DNA from: Fidelibacterota bacterium
GTDB taxonomy: Bacteria > Fidelibacterota > Marinisomatia > Marinisomatales > TCS55
Assembly: GCA_046861385.1 (NCBI GenBank)
Contig: JBHHTW010000003.1
Location: 73,660-137,659, forward strand
Direction: 5' to 3'
Length of the DNA stretch: 64,000 bases
This document shows positions 49,501 to 60,308 of this stretch, one piece after another. Position 1 is the stretch's first letter. Every line of letters starts with the position of its first letter. The notes beneath the pieces were generated by a model, which was given only the letters and a program-made list of their open reading frames with translations, made no database searches and was not told the origin of the DNA. Both the position numbers and the translations under genes were made by a program.

Positions 49501-50784
49501 TTATTTATAAAGATAATAACTTGTTGAAAGCTTTTTGAAATCCTGAATGGATTTTTCGTAAGATTGAAATAATGCTTCAGCATCTCCGTCTGAATTGATT
49601 ATTTGACTTAAATCCTGATTTCCCCAAAGTCGCGGGAGAGATGTTTTTAACTCAAAGTGCTCAGGATATAATTGATGAATCACACCCAATATTTGAATTC
49701 CCGTGGAGACCGGTTCAAATTCACGGTAATTTAAGATTGTAATTGAAACTCCCTCGCAGGGCACGTTTTCATATTTCGGATATAACGATTTTCCGGGCAA
49801 GGAAACTGGTGTAAAGGAGATGGGCTTAAAAGACACTCCGGGTAAATGTTTTAAAATCATCATTTGTGACAATTGCTTACCATCGACCCAAGGTGCTCCA
49901 ATCCATTTAAACGGATGGTCTGTTCCTCTTCCTTCGCTCACATTGGTTCCTTCAACCATACACATGCCTGCATAAATTACCGCCGTTTCCACATCTGGAA
50001 TATTGGGCGAAGGGGATATCCAGGGGACATTCGTTTCATGGTAATAACTATTTCTCCTCCAACCTTTCATTGGTATGACGGACAACTCAGGCGTGACCGA
50101 TATCCAATTTTCTCCCACAATCATTTTGGCTAGTTCACCTGCGGTGAGTCCATAACGATTGGGGATTGGATACATGCCCACGAATGATTTAAGATCCATG
50201 TGAAGGATGGGGCCGGAGACTTCGGTTCCTCCCAATGGATTGGGTCGGTCCAGAATCATTACCGGGATATTTGCTTCTGCGGCTGCTTCCATCACAAGAC
50301 CCATTGTAGAAATGTATGTATAAAATCGGGTGCCTACGTCTTGTATATCATAAATAATCAAATCAAGCCCATTCAGCATATCCAGTGTTGGTTTTCTAGT
50401 TTTTCCATATAGACTAAAAATAGTCGGAAAATCATTCAGTTCCTGATTAGTTATTTTTTGCCCGGCAGAAACATTTCCAAAAAAGCCGTGTTCAGGTGCG
50501 AAAATAGCTTTTAGATGAACATCATTCAATTTCATCAATAATTTATAATTTGGTAAACCACTCAGATCAACACCTGTATGGTTCGTAACCAGCCCGATAT
50601 TTTTCCCTTTAATTAAATGTATTTGATCTTTAATTAATACATCCAGTCCGTTTAAAACGTGTAAAATCTCGATGGGTGGAATATCTTTATTCTTGAATAA
50701 TTCTGATTGCTGCTGGTGTGTGGAAGGATGTTCCTGAGATTGAATGATCGAACAAAACACCAATAGAAAAAATACATACTTCAT
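49501..50784 (-). CDS. namZ: Second DUF1343 exo-beta-N-acetylmuramidase (NamZ, GH171), secreted
   Basis: GLVTNHTG, IFAPEHG, SLYG, YDIQDVGTRFYTY, LDRPNPLGG and SEGRGT. Start moved to MKYVFF at 50784. Confidence 0.9.
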   Translation of the reverse strand: MKYVFFLLVFCSIIQSQEHPSTHQQQSELFKNKDIPPIEILHVLNGLDVLIKDQIHLIKGKNIGLVTNHTGVDLSGLPNYKLLMKLNDVHLKAIFAPEHGFFGNVSAGQKITNQELNDFPTIFSLYGKTRKPTLDMLNGLDLIIYDIQDVGTRFYTYISTMGLVMEAAAEANIPVMILDRPNPLGGTEVSGPILHMDLKSFVGMYPIPNRYGLTAGELAKMIVGENWISVTPELSVIPMKGWRRNSYYHETNVPWISPSPNIPDVETAVIYAGMCMVEGTNVSEGRGTDHPFKWIGAPWVDGKQLSQMMILKHLPGVSFKPISFTPVSLPGKSLYPKYENVPCEGVSITILNYREFEPVSTGIQILGVIHQLYPEHFELKTSLPRLWGNQDLSQIINSDGDAEALFQSYEKSIQDFKKLSTSYYLYK

Positions 50785-50800
50785 TATAAAATGCCAGTCC

Positions 50801-53239
50801 TTACTTAACCATTGTGACTTTTCGAAAATCCATATTCGTCCCGGAGGTAATAGAAATAATATATATTCCCGACGAAACAGGATGTCCATTATTATTGAGA
50901 CCATTCCAAGTCCAAGTAAAATGATCGTGAGGGGAGGGCAGCAGGTTTGTACTGCGGATGGTTCTTCCCACCAAATCCGTAATGTGGATTTCCGTTCGCC
51001 GATTCGGGAGGTTATTATTAATTAAAATAGTCATGGAGGAATTTGACGGATTGGGAAAAACAGATTTAATTGACACTTGATCAGGAAAAGGAGTATCCTC
51101 GAAATGATTGACGGATAGCTGATCTTCATAAAAATCAACAATTTCGGCCATTATTTCACTCCGTTTCGATTCAGGGTAAATGGTTTCGAATCCAACGGAC
51201 AAATGAACAATACCGCCCAAATCGTTTCCGGATCCAAATGAACCAATAAATTGAATTCCCATGCCCCCTTCGGCATTATAATCAACTCCATTAAATTTAG
51301 CGCAAATGTCTGCTCCCACTGCCGGTTTAATTCCATCTGGCCAATCCACGTCATAAGTTCCGTTGCTTCCATTATCAAATGTAATATTATTGATGCCTTC
51401 AAAAATGGAACCGCTGGTACCAAAACCGCTGTAGGTTCCTTGGTGCCCCCCCGCCGCATCCGATATATAAACTGCTTTCAAATAGTCTAAGTAAAAGGCC
51501 TTGTCAGTTGAGGTTCCCTGAGCAGAAAGGTCGTAACCAATCTCAGATCCGGAAACAAAGAGAAAACCTCCATTCTCCAAATATGTTTGTACCAGGTCTT
51601 GTTCTTCATAAGTGAATGTGCTGGTGGCGGTTCCTTCTTCTCCCAATATCCAATCGACAAAATGATAATCCAAATTAATATTATTCTGGATTACCGCTTC
51701 ATTAGTGGCTGAATCAAAGGCTAATCCATTTTGAATCAGGGCATCACCATGCTGCCGAATAAAATTGTGTGTATTCGTCGTTCCACTGGTTCGGTCAAAA
51801 CCATTCACAACCAGACAGGAAACAGCGTCGGTTGTAGGTACAACACCTAAAAATTCTGTCTGTGGACTGGCACCAAATCCGTTCTGTCCAATGATGGATA
51901 AATAATACGGTTCTCCTTCATTCAAATTCTTAACGATAATGGGTCGCTGGTTGAAGACTCCTAATGTTTCGGTATTATTGGAGTTTAGAAAGGTCCGCAA
52001 AACTACAAATTCGTTAGCCGTTCGAGCTCCAGTGAAATCAATCATAATGTCACCATTCCCAACATTGCGAATGGATAAATTACCGGGAGTAGCCGGGGGA
52101 GAACTTGCACCAAATTTAACGAACAGAAGATCCCATAATTCAGGATCTGATCCATCATAGCCCATCGCCCAGATTCCGACTCCCTTTAAATTGTGATTTA
52201 ATGCGAAATCGTACTTTAGAGAGAGTGAAAGACTATCATCATACCAGCCCTGAAACCAATCCGGGTTTTGATATTTGTACCAAGGTGTCTGTGATTCTGA
52301 ATGCCACAGCTTTCCAAAAGATAGGGCATTGCTTTCCATTTCAGAATACAGTTTAGCCGTACCTGTTCCGGTAGTTGAAGCGCCGGCTGATCCGGAGGAT
52401 GTTGGCCATTCAAATCCAAAATATGGGCAGCCTAAAATGAGTTTATCTGCCTGATTATTAGTTTTGCTCAAATAATCATTTACAGTCCAAGTGATAGTGT
52501 AACCCGACCCGGTTAATGGAGCATTTGGACCTGAAGTTGAGCTACCGCTATAGTGGTAATCATATCCCATGATAAATAAACCATCACTGATTTCTGCTAA
52601 TGCGTTATAATCCCAGGCACTGCTCCAATCTACCGCCGGCATAGCGAGCGTCACTTGGGAACCGGGAATAGCATTATTAAAGGCATTCTTCAAATCTGTA
52701 ATAAATTGAACCATATTGTTTTTTTGGGAGGCAGGCATAACTTCAAAATCAATATTAACTCCATCTCCATTTCCTGAGGACACTGTATTAACAAGATTAT
52801 TGATGAGGTTTTGTCGGTGACTGCTGCTGCTTAAAAGTGTCGTTAAATCACTGTTGCTAAACAATGTTGCCGTCAAGACAACATCCGTTCCTGCCGCATG
52901 AGCAGTATTAATCAAAGAAGTCGGTGGCCAGCCATGATCGTTACTTATACCACCTGTTGCTGTAATTTCTGCGCTAAAATAGGCTATCGTAGATATGAGG
53001 TTAAAATTGTAGTTAGTCCATGATGTACCCATCCAGTATGGGTGATACCCAAACACTTCATGAGAAGGAGTGGTATGATTCGTTCGATAAAAACGGATAA
53101 AGGGAGCAGTATCAATTTGACGATCAATTTCTGTATAATGTGTATTATAATATTCCAGCTGTTGTTGGTGAATGCTGGGATTATGATTAGCAAAAGCAAT
53201 ACAAATTGAAAGGTGTATTATAAAAATATTTTGTCTCAT
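50801..53239 (-). CDS. Secreted GH18 hydrolase (chitobiase/peptidoglycan glucosaminidase-like) with FN3, an additional domain and T9SS-like CTD
   Basis: EVFGYHPYW, GDGVNIDFE, IMGYDY, LILG.PYFG and GVGIWAMGYD; C-terminal FPNPSN...SSGIY. Confidence 0.88.
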   Translation of the reverse strand: MRQNIFIIHLSICIAFANHNPSIHQQQLEYYNTHYTEIDRQIDTAPFIRFYRTNHTTPSHEVFGYHPYWMGTSWTNYNFNLISTIAYFSAEITATGGISNDHGWPPTSLINTAHAAGTDVVLTATLFSNSDLTTLLSSSSHRQNLINNLVNTVSSGNGDGVNIDFEVMPASQKNNMVQFITDLKNAFNNAIPGSQVTLAMPAVDWSSAWDYNALAEISDGLFIMGYDYHYSGSSTSGPNAPLTGSGYTITWTVNDYLSKTNNQADKLILGCPYFGFEWPTSSGSAGASTTGTGTAKLYSEMESNALSFGKLWHSESQTPWYKYQNPDWFQGWYDDSLSLSLKYDFALNHNLKGVGIWAMGYDGSDPELWDLLFVKFGASSPPATPGNLSIRNVGNGDIMIDFTGARTANEFVVLRTFLNSNNTETLGVFNQRPIIVKNLNEGEPYYLSIIGQNGFGASPQTEFLGVVPTTDAVSCLVVNGFDRTSGTTNTHNFIRQHGDALIQNGLAFDSATNEAVIQNNINLDYHFVDWILGEEGTATSTFTYEEQDLVQTYLENGGFLFVSGSEIGYDLSAQGTSTDKAFYLDYLKAVYISDAAGGHQGTYSGFGTSGSIFEGINNITFDNGSNGTYDVDWPDGIKPAVGADICAKFNGVDYNAEGGMGIQFIGSFGSGNDLGGIVHLSVGFETIYPESKRSEIMAEIVDFYEDQLSVNHFEDTPFPDQVSIKSVFPNPSNSSMTILINNNLPNRRTEIHITDLVGRTIRSTNLLPSPHDHFTWTWNGLNNNGHPVSSGIYIISITSGTNMDFRKVTMVK

Positions 53240-53258
53240 AACGTCAGCTCATTTTGAT

Positions 53259-54293
53259 TTAAAAAGTTAAACTGAGTGAGAAACCGGAAATGGAATTGAA
53301 AACACCAAACGACTGATTTACGTAGTCCAGATTTATATTTACATTTTTCATTAACTGATGACGAACTCCTCCACCTATTGAGAATCCTTGCTCCACATTA
53401 TCCACAAATAATGTGGATTGCCCCGCCCGCAAAAACACTTTTTTTCTCCAAGCATATTCAATCCCGGCATTCACATATTCCACATTATTATTGGGATGAA
53501 CAGCATCAATGGATACTGTAAAGATATGGGGGCCGGATTTGAGTAAATTTGTACTCATTCCCACTCTAAAAATGAGAGGCAGAGGCCATTTCCATGTATC
53601 GAGGTGGCCATCTATACGATCATTATTACCAGTAAGGTTTTCATCAATATCATGAGTGATCCTTGTATCTTTTCCCTCTAATTGTAATTTCTCCCCAAAA
53701 TTTGAAACGTTCATGCCAATACGAATATTACGATTCCGTGTTATAAACAATGAACCGATGTCAATAGCCATTGTTGAAGCCGACATATGATAGATATGTT
53801 GTTGTATAAACTTCATATTTAAACCTAAAGAGAAACTATCGGTGAATCTGCGTCCATAGCTTATTCCAAGTGCCAAGTCATTTGAGCCAAATTTCTCGCC
53901 GGTACCTTCGGGTAATGCAACAGTTCGTACTATCATATCATCCATAGTAATCGAAGTAGCTGAGAGCCCTAGTACTCCGTTGCGCTGAATTGGAATAATA
54001 ACTGCTGCAAAGTTGAAGCGAATGTCAGCTACCCATGGAAGATGAAAAAATTGAGCAGTTGTTTTTTTTGCAGATGCAATTCCTGCCGGATTCCAGTATA
54101 GAGCTGTTGCGTCATCCGCTATGGATACGAAGGCATTACCCATGGCCCTAGCACGTGCACCCACTCCAAACTCAAGAAATGCCGCTGCGGCAGTGCCTAC
54201 TTTACTTACGTGCCTATTGTATTGGCTTAGGGCGGGATGTACCAATAACAGAAAAATTATTGATGATATGAGCTTATGTCTGGAAGTGTACAT
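53259..54293 (-). CDS. PorV/PorQ-family outer-membrane beta-barrel
   Basis: SKVGTAAAAFLEFGVGARARAMGNAFVSIADDATALYWNPAG and LPLIFRVG. Confidence 0.88.
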   Translation of the reverse strand: MYTSRHKLISSIIFLLLVHPALSQYNRHVSKVGTAAAAFLEFGVGARARAMGNAFVSIADDATALYWNPAGIASAKKTTAQFFHLPWVADIRFNFAAVIIPIQRNGVLGLSATSITMDDMIVRTVALPEGTGEKFGSNDLALGISYGRRFTDSFSLGLNMKFIQQHIYHMSASTMAIDIGSLFITRNRNIRIGMNVSNFGEKLQLEGKDTRITHDIDENLTGNNDRIDGHLDTWKWPLPLIFRVGMSTNLLKSGPHIFTVSIDAVHPNNNVEYVNAGIEYAWRKKVFLRAGQSTLFVDNVEQGFSIGGGVRHQLMKNVNINLDYVNQSFGVFNSISGFSLSLTF

Positions 54294-54295
54294 GT

Positions 54296-57200
54296 TTATT
54301 TGATGACGGCAAATTTTCCAATTTTTTCACCAATTCCCGGTGCATCAACGTGGTAGAGGTAAATTCCGAACGCAATTTCAAGACCGTCTTTTGAAAGCAT
54401 ATTCCATGATTCTGCCCCATCTTCCAAAACACTTTCGTGATTTATCGTATCAACGAGAAAGCCTGACAAGGTATATATCTTGATTTTGCATTTTTGCGGT
54501 AGATGAATAAAATCAACCTTTCGAGTTCCTCTTCCTGATACGTAGAGGTGTTGGCGTTCCCACGATGCCGTAACAATATACGGATTTGGAACAACAGCGA
54601 TTCTACTCAACTCCTGACGAGCAAGTGATTTATCAATGCGGGAAACAGTCGTAACGAAACTATAGATATCGTTTGATGAAAATGGCTTTGTAGTCAGTAT
54701 TGTTAAAATATCTCCATCCTCAACGTGCTCTACCGGGGCCGATGTTGTATCATAGACAACTGTGGTATCATTGATAAAAATTGTGTCGATTTGTATTGAA
54801 TCAATTTTAAAAGATACTGAGAAACTTGGGTCTAGACCAGTTTCATCGGGTAGGAGAATAATTGTTTCTTCCGGGTCCCATTGTCTGTCTCCATTCTCAT
54901 CCATGATAATAAATCGAGTTTCCCGATTCTCAGAAGTATTCCATATATTAAAAGGAGCTGAAACACCAAACAGCTCATCTTGTGAAAGAGAATCACCGGT
55001 ATTTCCTCCCCATATTAGTTCAAAATCAGCGGGGTAGAGAGATCCGTATACACTAATTTCTGGAATATAATCGCAATCGCCGGATATCCAACCGCTTGAA
55101 TCTTCTAAGAGTGCCAGGCGGTCATTATAAACTAAAATTTGCATACCATCAATAATTGGGTTTAACGGTTCACCCTCTATGAAATTACTTCTATTTATTG
55201 GATAATATTGATAGGAGGCTATATATGCTCCCCCTTCGCAAAGTGGTCCGCTGATGCACGAAATAATTCCAAAATCGTTGTTTACCTCAAAGTGGATTCC
55301 CTCCTCAAATTCCTGTGAACCATCCAAGGATGTTACTATAACAGAGCCTGGTATTAGGTTTTTCTTACGAGTACTGAACCAATCACCTGAAATGTCAACG
55401 GTGTCAGTAAAAATTTCTTGATTGACAACTGAATAATATGTTTTTTCCCCTTCAGTGAAAAACTCCACAGAGTATTCCCATTTATCATGGATACTATCTG
55501 GATCAACTGTGTTAATAATCACTGAACCTGTAGCAGCGCCTGAATCATGAACGACAATTTGAAGTCCGTTTTCTGGACTATTGGGTGGGATGTACCCTGC
55601 TGCGGGAGCATCCGGAACCACTTCAGCTACATTTTCTCCGAGGACTAAAACGTTCCCGCTGGCATCTAAATCAACAATGATGGTACACTCAGAAGGAGCC
55701 AAAGGTTGGAGTTTGTCGAATTCGCTCAGTCCACGGTCATAAAAATCTTCATCATAACCTTTATCGTACGATGTAATCGCATAGTAATAGGTTTGACCAT
55801 TCTGTACGGTTGTATCCTCCCAAAAATGCCTTAAGCCACCATCTTTTCCCATATTAAACTGAATACCGTTAAAAGCGATGGGATGGGGACCCTTCAAGCC
55901 ATTTTTCAAATCGAATTGGGCGATCGGTTTTTTGAAAGTTAAATTGCCATAAGCATCTGTGATAATCCAAGGTTCTAAAAATGCAGGATCGGTACTGCGG
56001 TAGATTCGATATCCTTCAAAATCGTATCCGTAAATGGGATCTCTGGAATTCTCAGCTGTTTTATCCCAGTACAATGTTACTTTACTATCTCCGGGTACTG
56101 TAGTAAGATTTGGTTTACCGGGCGGTTTAGAAAAGGAATAATCGGCGTCATAGATTTTCTGCATGGTTTGGGCATTTCTTAAAATATCATCCAAATCCTG
56201 CCCAAAAAGCATGGCGATAGCAAACTTTTTACGTTCGCCAGCCAATAGTGAGAAATAGCCAGACCCAAAAAGGAATGTGATATCTTTTGTCTGTTCAGGG
56301 ACATCAAAAAACCCCGGTCTAAGTTGTTTCCACAGTTGCTCATCATCAGAAGCTGTGATATTGGGCCAGGGAGCAGCAAAAAAACTGGTGAGTCCAATTT
56401 GGTCTGACTCAGCATTATCGGTATACTCAAAATTGGGTTCGCCGATATCGGGTATTCCATTTCCTTCAGTTCCATCAGCGTCAGGACCGGTATAATCCCC
56501 ATGTGTTGGACCCAGCCCATCTGAACCAATATCGTCGTTATCAATATCCCAATCATCATCATTGTCAATTCCGTCAAATTGACTTTCATCTACCATCCCA
56601 TCAAAATCGTTATCAATTCCGTCATGAGGATTTCCGGGTGATTCAAGGAATGTCCAACCAAAGTAAGCAGGTTTGAATCCTCCTTTGGCGTTGCTCCAAT
56701 TATCGTGATCCCACTGATATACGATGGAATTCTCCCGATCGAACCATGAGTCATCATCTCCTTGATCCCCGTCATCACCAATATCGGCATCGCCATACAT
56801 TCCAAAACACACACTATCAAGCGTTGTTTTACCCACATTGGTTATCCAGTATGTCCAGATAATGATATCTTCTGCGGCAGGATGGGACCATTGGTATCCC
56901 CTTACTTCCACTTGAATGCCTAACCCTCGCCGGAGAGTATCGGTCGAATCCGGGAAGAATTGAAATTCATCGTTATAATAATCGTCCATAACAAAGTACG
57001 ATTCCTGATCCGCGCGGGCATACTTGCCATATTGTCCGTTCCAAACACCATCCCAATCTGATGATTTATTGACCCATGAGTCCGGCCAAGAACTGGGATC
57101 ATCACTCATTGCTATATTTTCTTGATTTGGATTAGCATAGCCTGGTAATGGTTCAAAGCCCCACTGATAACCGGAGTCAGATAAATCTTTTCCATTATTG

Positions 57201-57541
57201 GAAACCATACCATCTGAAATGATATGTCGTCTTGTACCGTTTTTCAAAACCACGCTGGCACCAACAACAGGAGTAAATTCAGCAATATATGATTTTCCAG
57301 AGCCGACGGGATAGATACCAGAGTCATAGCGCCCGGCAATGGTCCAATCCCCTATGCCGCCGAAATTATAGAATCGTGTAAGGATTTTGTTACCGTTATG
57401 AACACTGAATTTTCTGTCCGCTCTTCCTGCCGGTTTATAGACCGACTGTTTTTGTAGCACGACTTGGTCTTTGCTAATTTGAGCTGCAAGAACAGCAAAT
57501 AGTCCAAAAACCAGAGCAACTGTATATCCGTTGTGTTTCAT
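54296..57541 (-). CDS. Large secreted protein with Asp-rich Ca-binding repeats, FN3-like domain and VVPNPY-type CTD
   Basis: Signal peptide; DGIDNDFDGMVDE; PP.KP....GDSKVTLYWD; FEGYRIYRS; NGQTYYYAITSYD; IAVVPNPY..FIHLP..GIYLYHVDA. Confidence 0.75.
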   Translation of the reverse strand: MKHNGYTVALVFGLFAVLAAQISKDQVVLQKQSVYKPAGRADRKFSVHNGNKILTRFYNFGGIGDWTIAGRYDSGIYPVGSGKSYIAEFTPVVGASVVLKNGTRRHIISDGMVSNNGKDLSDSGYQWGFEPLPGYANPNQENIAMSDDPSSWPDSWVNKSSDWDGVWNGQYGKYARADQESYFVMDDYYNDEFQFFPDSTDTLRRGLGIQVEVRGYQWSHPAAEDIIIWTYWITNVGKTTLDSVCFGMYGDADIGDDGDQGDDDSWFDRENSIVYQWDHDNWSNAKGGFKPAYFGWTFLESPGNPHDGIDNDFDGMVDESQFDGIDNDDDWDIDNDDIGSDGLGPTHGDYTGPDADGTEGNGIPDIGEPNFEYTDNAESDQIGLTSFFAAPWPNITASDDEQLWKQLRPGFFDVPEQTKDITFLFGSGYFSLLAGERKKFAIAMLFGQDLDDILRNAQTMQKIYDADYSFSKPPGKPNLTTVPGDSKVTLYWDKTAENSRDPIYGYDFEGYRIYRSTDPAFLEPWIITDAYGNLTFKKPIAQFDLKNGLKGPHPIAFNGIQFNMGKDGGLRHFWEDTTVQNGQTYYYAITSYDKGYDEDFYDRGLSEFDKLQPLAPSECTIIVDLDASGNVLVLGENVAEVVPDAPAAGYIPPNSPENGLQIVVHDSGAATGSVIINTVDPDSIHDKWEYSVEFFTEGEKTYYSVVNQEIFTDTVDISGDWFSTRKKNLIPGSVIVTSLDGSQEFEEGIHFEVNNDFGIISCISGPLCEGGAYIASYQYYPINRSNFIEGEPLNPIIDGMQILVYNDRLALLEDSSGWISGDCDYIPEISVYGSLYPADFELIWGGNTGDSLSQDELFGVSAPFNIWNTSENRETRFIIMDENGDRQWDPEETIILLPDETGLDPSFSVSFKIDSIQIDTIFINDTTVVYDTTSAPVEHVEDGDILTILTTKPFSSNDIYSFVTTVSRIDKSLARQELSRIAVVPNPYIVTASWERQHLYVSGRGTRKVDFIHLPQKCKIKIYTLSGFLVDTINHESVLEDGAESWNMLSKDGLEIAFGIYLYHVDAPGIGEKIGKFAVIK

Positions 57542-57551
57542 AGTCTTTTCA

Positions 57552-60308
57552 TTAGAAGCGGATCGTTAACCCCAGTTTTATCTGCCGGGGTGAAGAATAA
57601 TAATCCGGTCTTACTAAATAATCATTCAGAGTGTTATAAGATTGCTCTTGAGGTGTGTAAGTAGGAATGAGGGTATAAGTCGCTCTCCCGGTATCGGTGT
57701 AAACCAGTATCTCATTGCGCCGATCAAACAAATTATAAATTGCACAATGCAAGGACATGCTCACATTATTAATTTTGAAATTCCAAAAACTGCGAACATC
57801 AATAATAAATTGATCTGGCTTTTGCTCACTATTCTCATATGCTATACGCGTTCCGGCTAATGAAGGTGTGTAAGGCAATCCGCTGCGATACTGAAGGACA
57901 AAGCTGACTCCGCTATTGGAAGCAGGATGGAACGTTATTGTACTATTCATTGTATGCCTCTGATCCCAATCCAAAGCAACCAGTTGTTTCTCCGGTTCGT
58001 TGCCGCTAAGCGCATCAAAATATGCTGTTGCCGGGTCGGATGCGTTTCCTTCTGCAAAGGAATAAGTGTAATCCAATGCACCGGACACGAAGCCGGATGA
58101 TCGTTTGGTGAGAGAAACTGAAATACCCCGAACGTTTCCATAATCACGATTTATGTAGAGGGCATATCTGTCTCCGGCGATGAACGTATCAACAATCTTT
58201 GTTCCCAATAAACTGCGGATATCTTTGTAATACCCAGTTACATCGATGACGGTATTACTCCCGACCTGCTGTTGAAAGCCCACTTCGTATTGTGTAGTTC
58301 TTTCCGGCTCTAGGTCTGCGTTTCCCATTGTTGTACTCAGCCCGGGTGTTACTTCGAAATCAGGATTTGCATACAGGTAACTATAAGGCGGAATCTGGAA
58401 AAAATGTCCATATGAAAAATGCATCACACCTTGATCAGAAACAGGGAATGCAAGAGCAAGACGAGGACTAAATTGTGACTTTGATGAAGCATCTTTAAAC
58501 CAGTACTCCAATCGATCATTATCAGTTTTTGTGTTATCAGAACGTATTTCATTCTCGTCGATTATTCCATTTCCGTTTTCATCATAATACTGATTAATAG
58601 GCTTTAATGGCTGCAAGTAGTTAGGGTCTGAATTATCCGATAATATTTTCCACGCAGGATCAAAGTAATCCCATCTAATACCCAAATTTATTACAAGGTC
58701 CTTAAACTCCACTTTGTCTTGAATATAGGTAGAGAATTCAGTTGGTGTTCTATTCAATTTATTAAAATTAGGTGAGTTTTCTTTAGGTAGTTGAGGCGAG
58801 TAATCAGTGTTTTCATTATAAAGAATAGTGAAGCTTGTTTCCTGAAGTCTGCTTGTTTGCAATTCTACTCCCAACTTTACTTGATGAAGGTGTGTGATTT
58901 GGCTCATTAGCTCCGCTTTGTATGTTCTAATCATTGAATCCCGATCATAGTGTCCCATCCTGTACCCTCCGATATAGAAATTATATCCGGGCGCAACCGT
59001 GAAAACCCTTGGGTCAACACTGTAACTATTAGAATCAAGTGGATCATCATGAACATAGTACTGATAACGATTTGATATTTGTGAGTAACTCAATGTAAAG
59101 AAAGTAGCCGAACTTAGCGATTGATCAAGCTTTGTAATGAAGCTGCTGTTTGTACGAATACGTTGATAATCTCCTTCCGGGTTATACTTAAATTTGTGAT
59201 TATAGGTCTGAAACCTCGTTTTATTGGCAGTAATGTTTGCGGTTAACTTTGTTCGTTTTGTCAGTTTGAGACTCATTTTTGCCTGCCCTGATAATTGTTC
59301 ATTCCAATTCATGGGTGTAAAATTGCCATCTCCAGGTTTCACCAACTCCCATGTTGTTGTTACAGGATTTTGGACAAAGGAATCCGGCCAATAACGGCGT
59401 TGACCGTAGAGGAATCCTTCGTTAAAATAATAGCGTCCGGAAGTATAAAAGGAACCTCTGCTGTTTGTAAAAGGGACTGGCCCACTGAAACTCCCCTGCC
59501 AGTCACGCAAGCTGGAAGGGTCAACATCATCAATGTTCAGGAAAAGACTTGTATCAGAGCTCCAAAAATCTCCCAAATTCATTTGCAAATCCCCCTGATA
59601 ACGATCAAAATCCCCATCCTTTGTAACGATATTTACTACTCCAGACATTGCATGGCCGTATTCAGCATTAAATGTGCCACTAATGAATTGTAACTCCTGG
59701 ATGGCATTATTTTCAATTTCCACTGCCATTCCGGAGGTATAAGGATCAGTAACAGAGATACCATCGATTAAATAGACGATTTCGCTGCCTCTTCCTCCGC
59801 GAACATGCATCGTGCCATCAGAACCAACAACTACACCAGCCTGCAGCGATACGATTTCTTCAAGTTCTTCAACCGGAAGTATCGCAATTTCATCTGAACC
59901 AACATTTGCTTGCGAATAGGTAATGTCGGGCTGCACCAGCGGTCTCTCGGAAATCACGGTAATTTCTTCAAGGCCTACCACTGTGGGTGTAAGATCGAAA
60001 TTAACGGCTGAAGTTAAGTCTATCCGAATACGTACCTTCTGAATAACAATCTCATTATATCCAATCATTGAGGCACTAATTTCATATATTCCAGGTGGTA
60101 TTTGTAATACGAAATAATGACCGTTTATATCAGTTGCGGCTCCCAAATCAGTTCTTTTCAGGATCACATTTACCCCCACTAAGGGTTCTCCCGTTGAAGC
60201 GTCTCTTACCTCGCCGGTTAGTTTTCCTGTAGTTCCGGAGAAAAGCAAGCTTGTACTGATAAAAAAAGGAAGAAGATATTTCCATTCAAAATTTGTCAAA
60301 CTTTTCAT
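57552..60308 (-). CDS. TonB-dependent receptor (carboxypeptidase-regulatory-domain type)
   Basis: GTTGKLTGEVRD..TGEPL, HVRGGR, SGTFNAEYG.AMSGVVNIVTK, YIQDKVEF, GNADLEPERT and PRQIKLGLTIRF. Confidence 0.92.
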   Translation of the reverse strand: MKSLTNFEWKYLLPFFISTSLLFSGTTGKLTGEVRDASTGEPLVGVNVILKRTDLGAATDINGHYFVLQIPPGIYEISASMIGYNEIVIQKVRIRIDLTSAVNFDLTPTVVGLEEITVISERPLVQPDITYSQANVGSDEIAILPVEELEEIVSLQAGVVVGSDGTMHVRGGRGSEIVYLIDGISVTDPYTSGMAVEIENNAIQELQFISGTFNAEYGHAMSGVVNIVTKDGDFDRYQGDLQMNLGDFWSSDTSLFLNIDDVDPSSLRDWQGSFSGPVPFTNSRGSFYTSGRYYFNEGFLYGQRRYWPDSFVQNPVTTTWELVKPGDGNFTPMNWNEQLSGQAKMSLKLTKRTKLTANITANKTRFQTYNHKFKYNPEGDYQRIRTNSSFITKLDQSLSSATFFTLSYSQISNRYQYYVHDDPLDSNSYSVDPRVFTVAPGYNFYIGGYRMGHYDRDSMIRTYKAELMSQITHLHQVKLGVELQTSRLQETSFTILYNENTDYSPQLPKENSPNFNKLNRTPTEFSTYIQDKVEFKDLVINLGIRWDYFDPAWKILSDNSDPNYLQPLKPINQYYDENGNGIIDENEIRSDNTKTDNDRLEYWFKDASSKSQFSPRLALAFPVSDQGVMHFSYGHFFQIPPYSYLYANPDFEVTPGLSTTMGNADLEPERTTQYEVGFQQQVGSNTVIDVTGYYKDIRSLLGTKIVDTFIAGDRYALYINRDYGNVRGISVSLTKRSSGFVSGALDYTYSFAEGNASDPATAYFDALSGNEPEKQLVALDWDQRHTMNSTITFHPASNSGVSFVLQYRSGLPYTPSLAGTRIAYENSEQKPDQFIIDVRSFWNFKINNVSMSLHCAIYNLFDRRNEILVYTDTGRATYTLIPTYTPQEQSYNTLNDYLVRPDYYSSPRQIKLGLTIRF

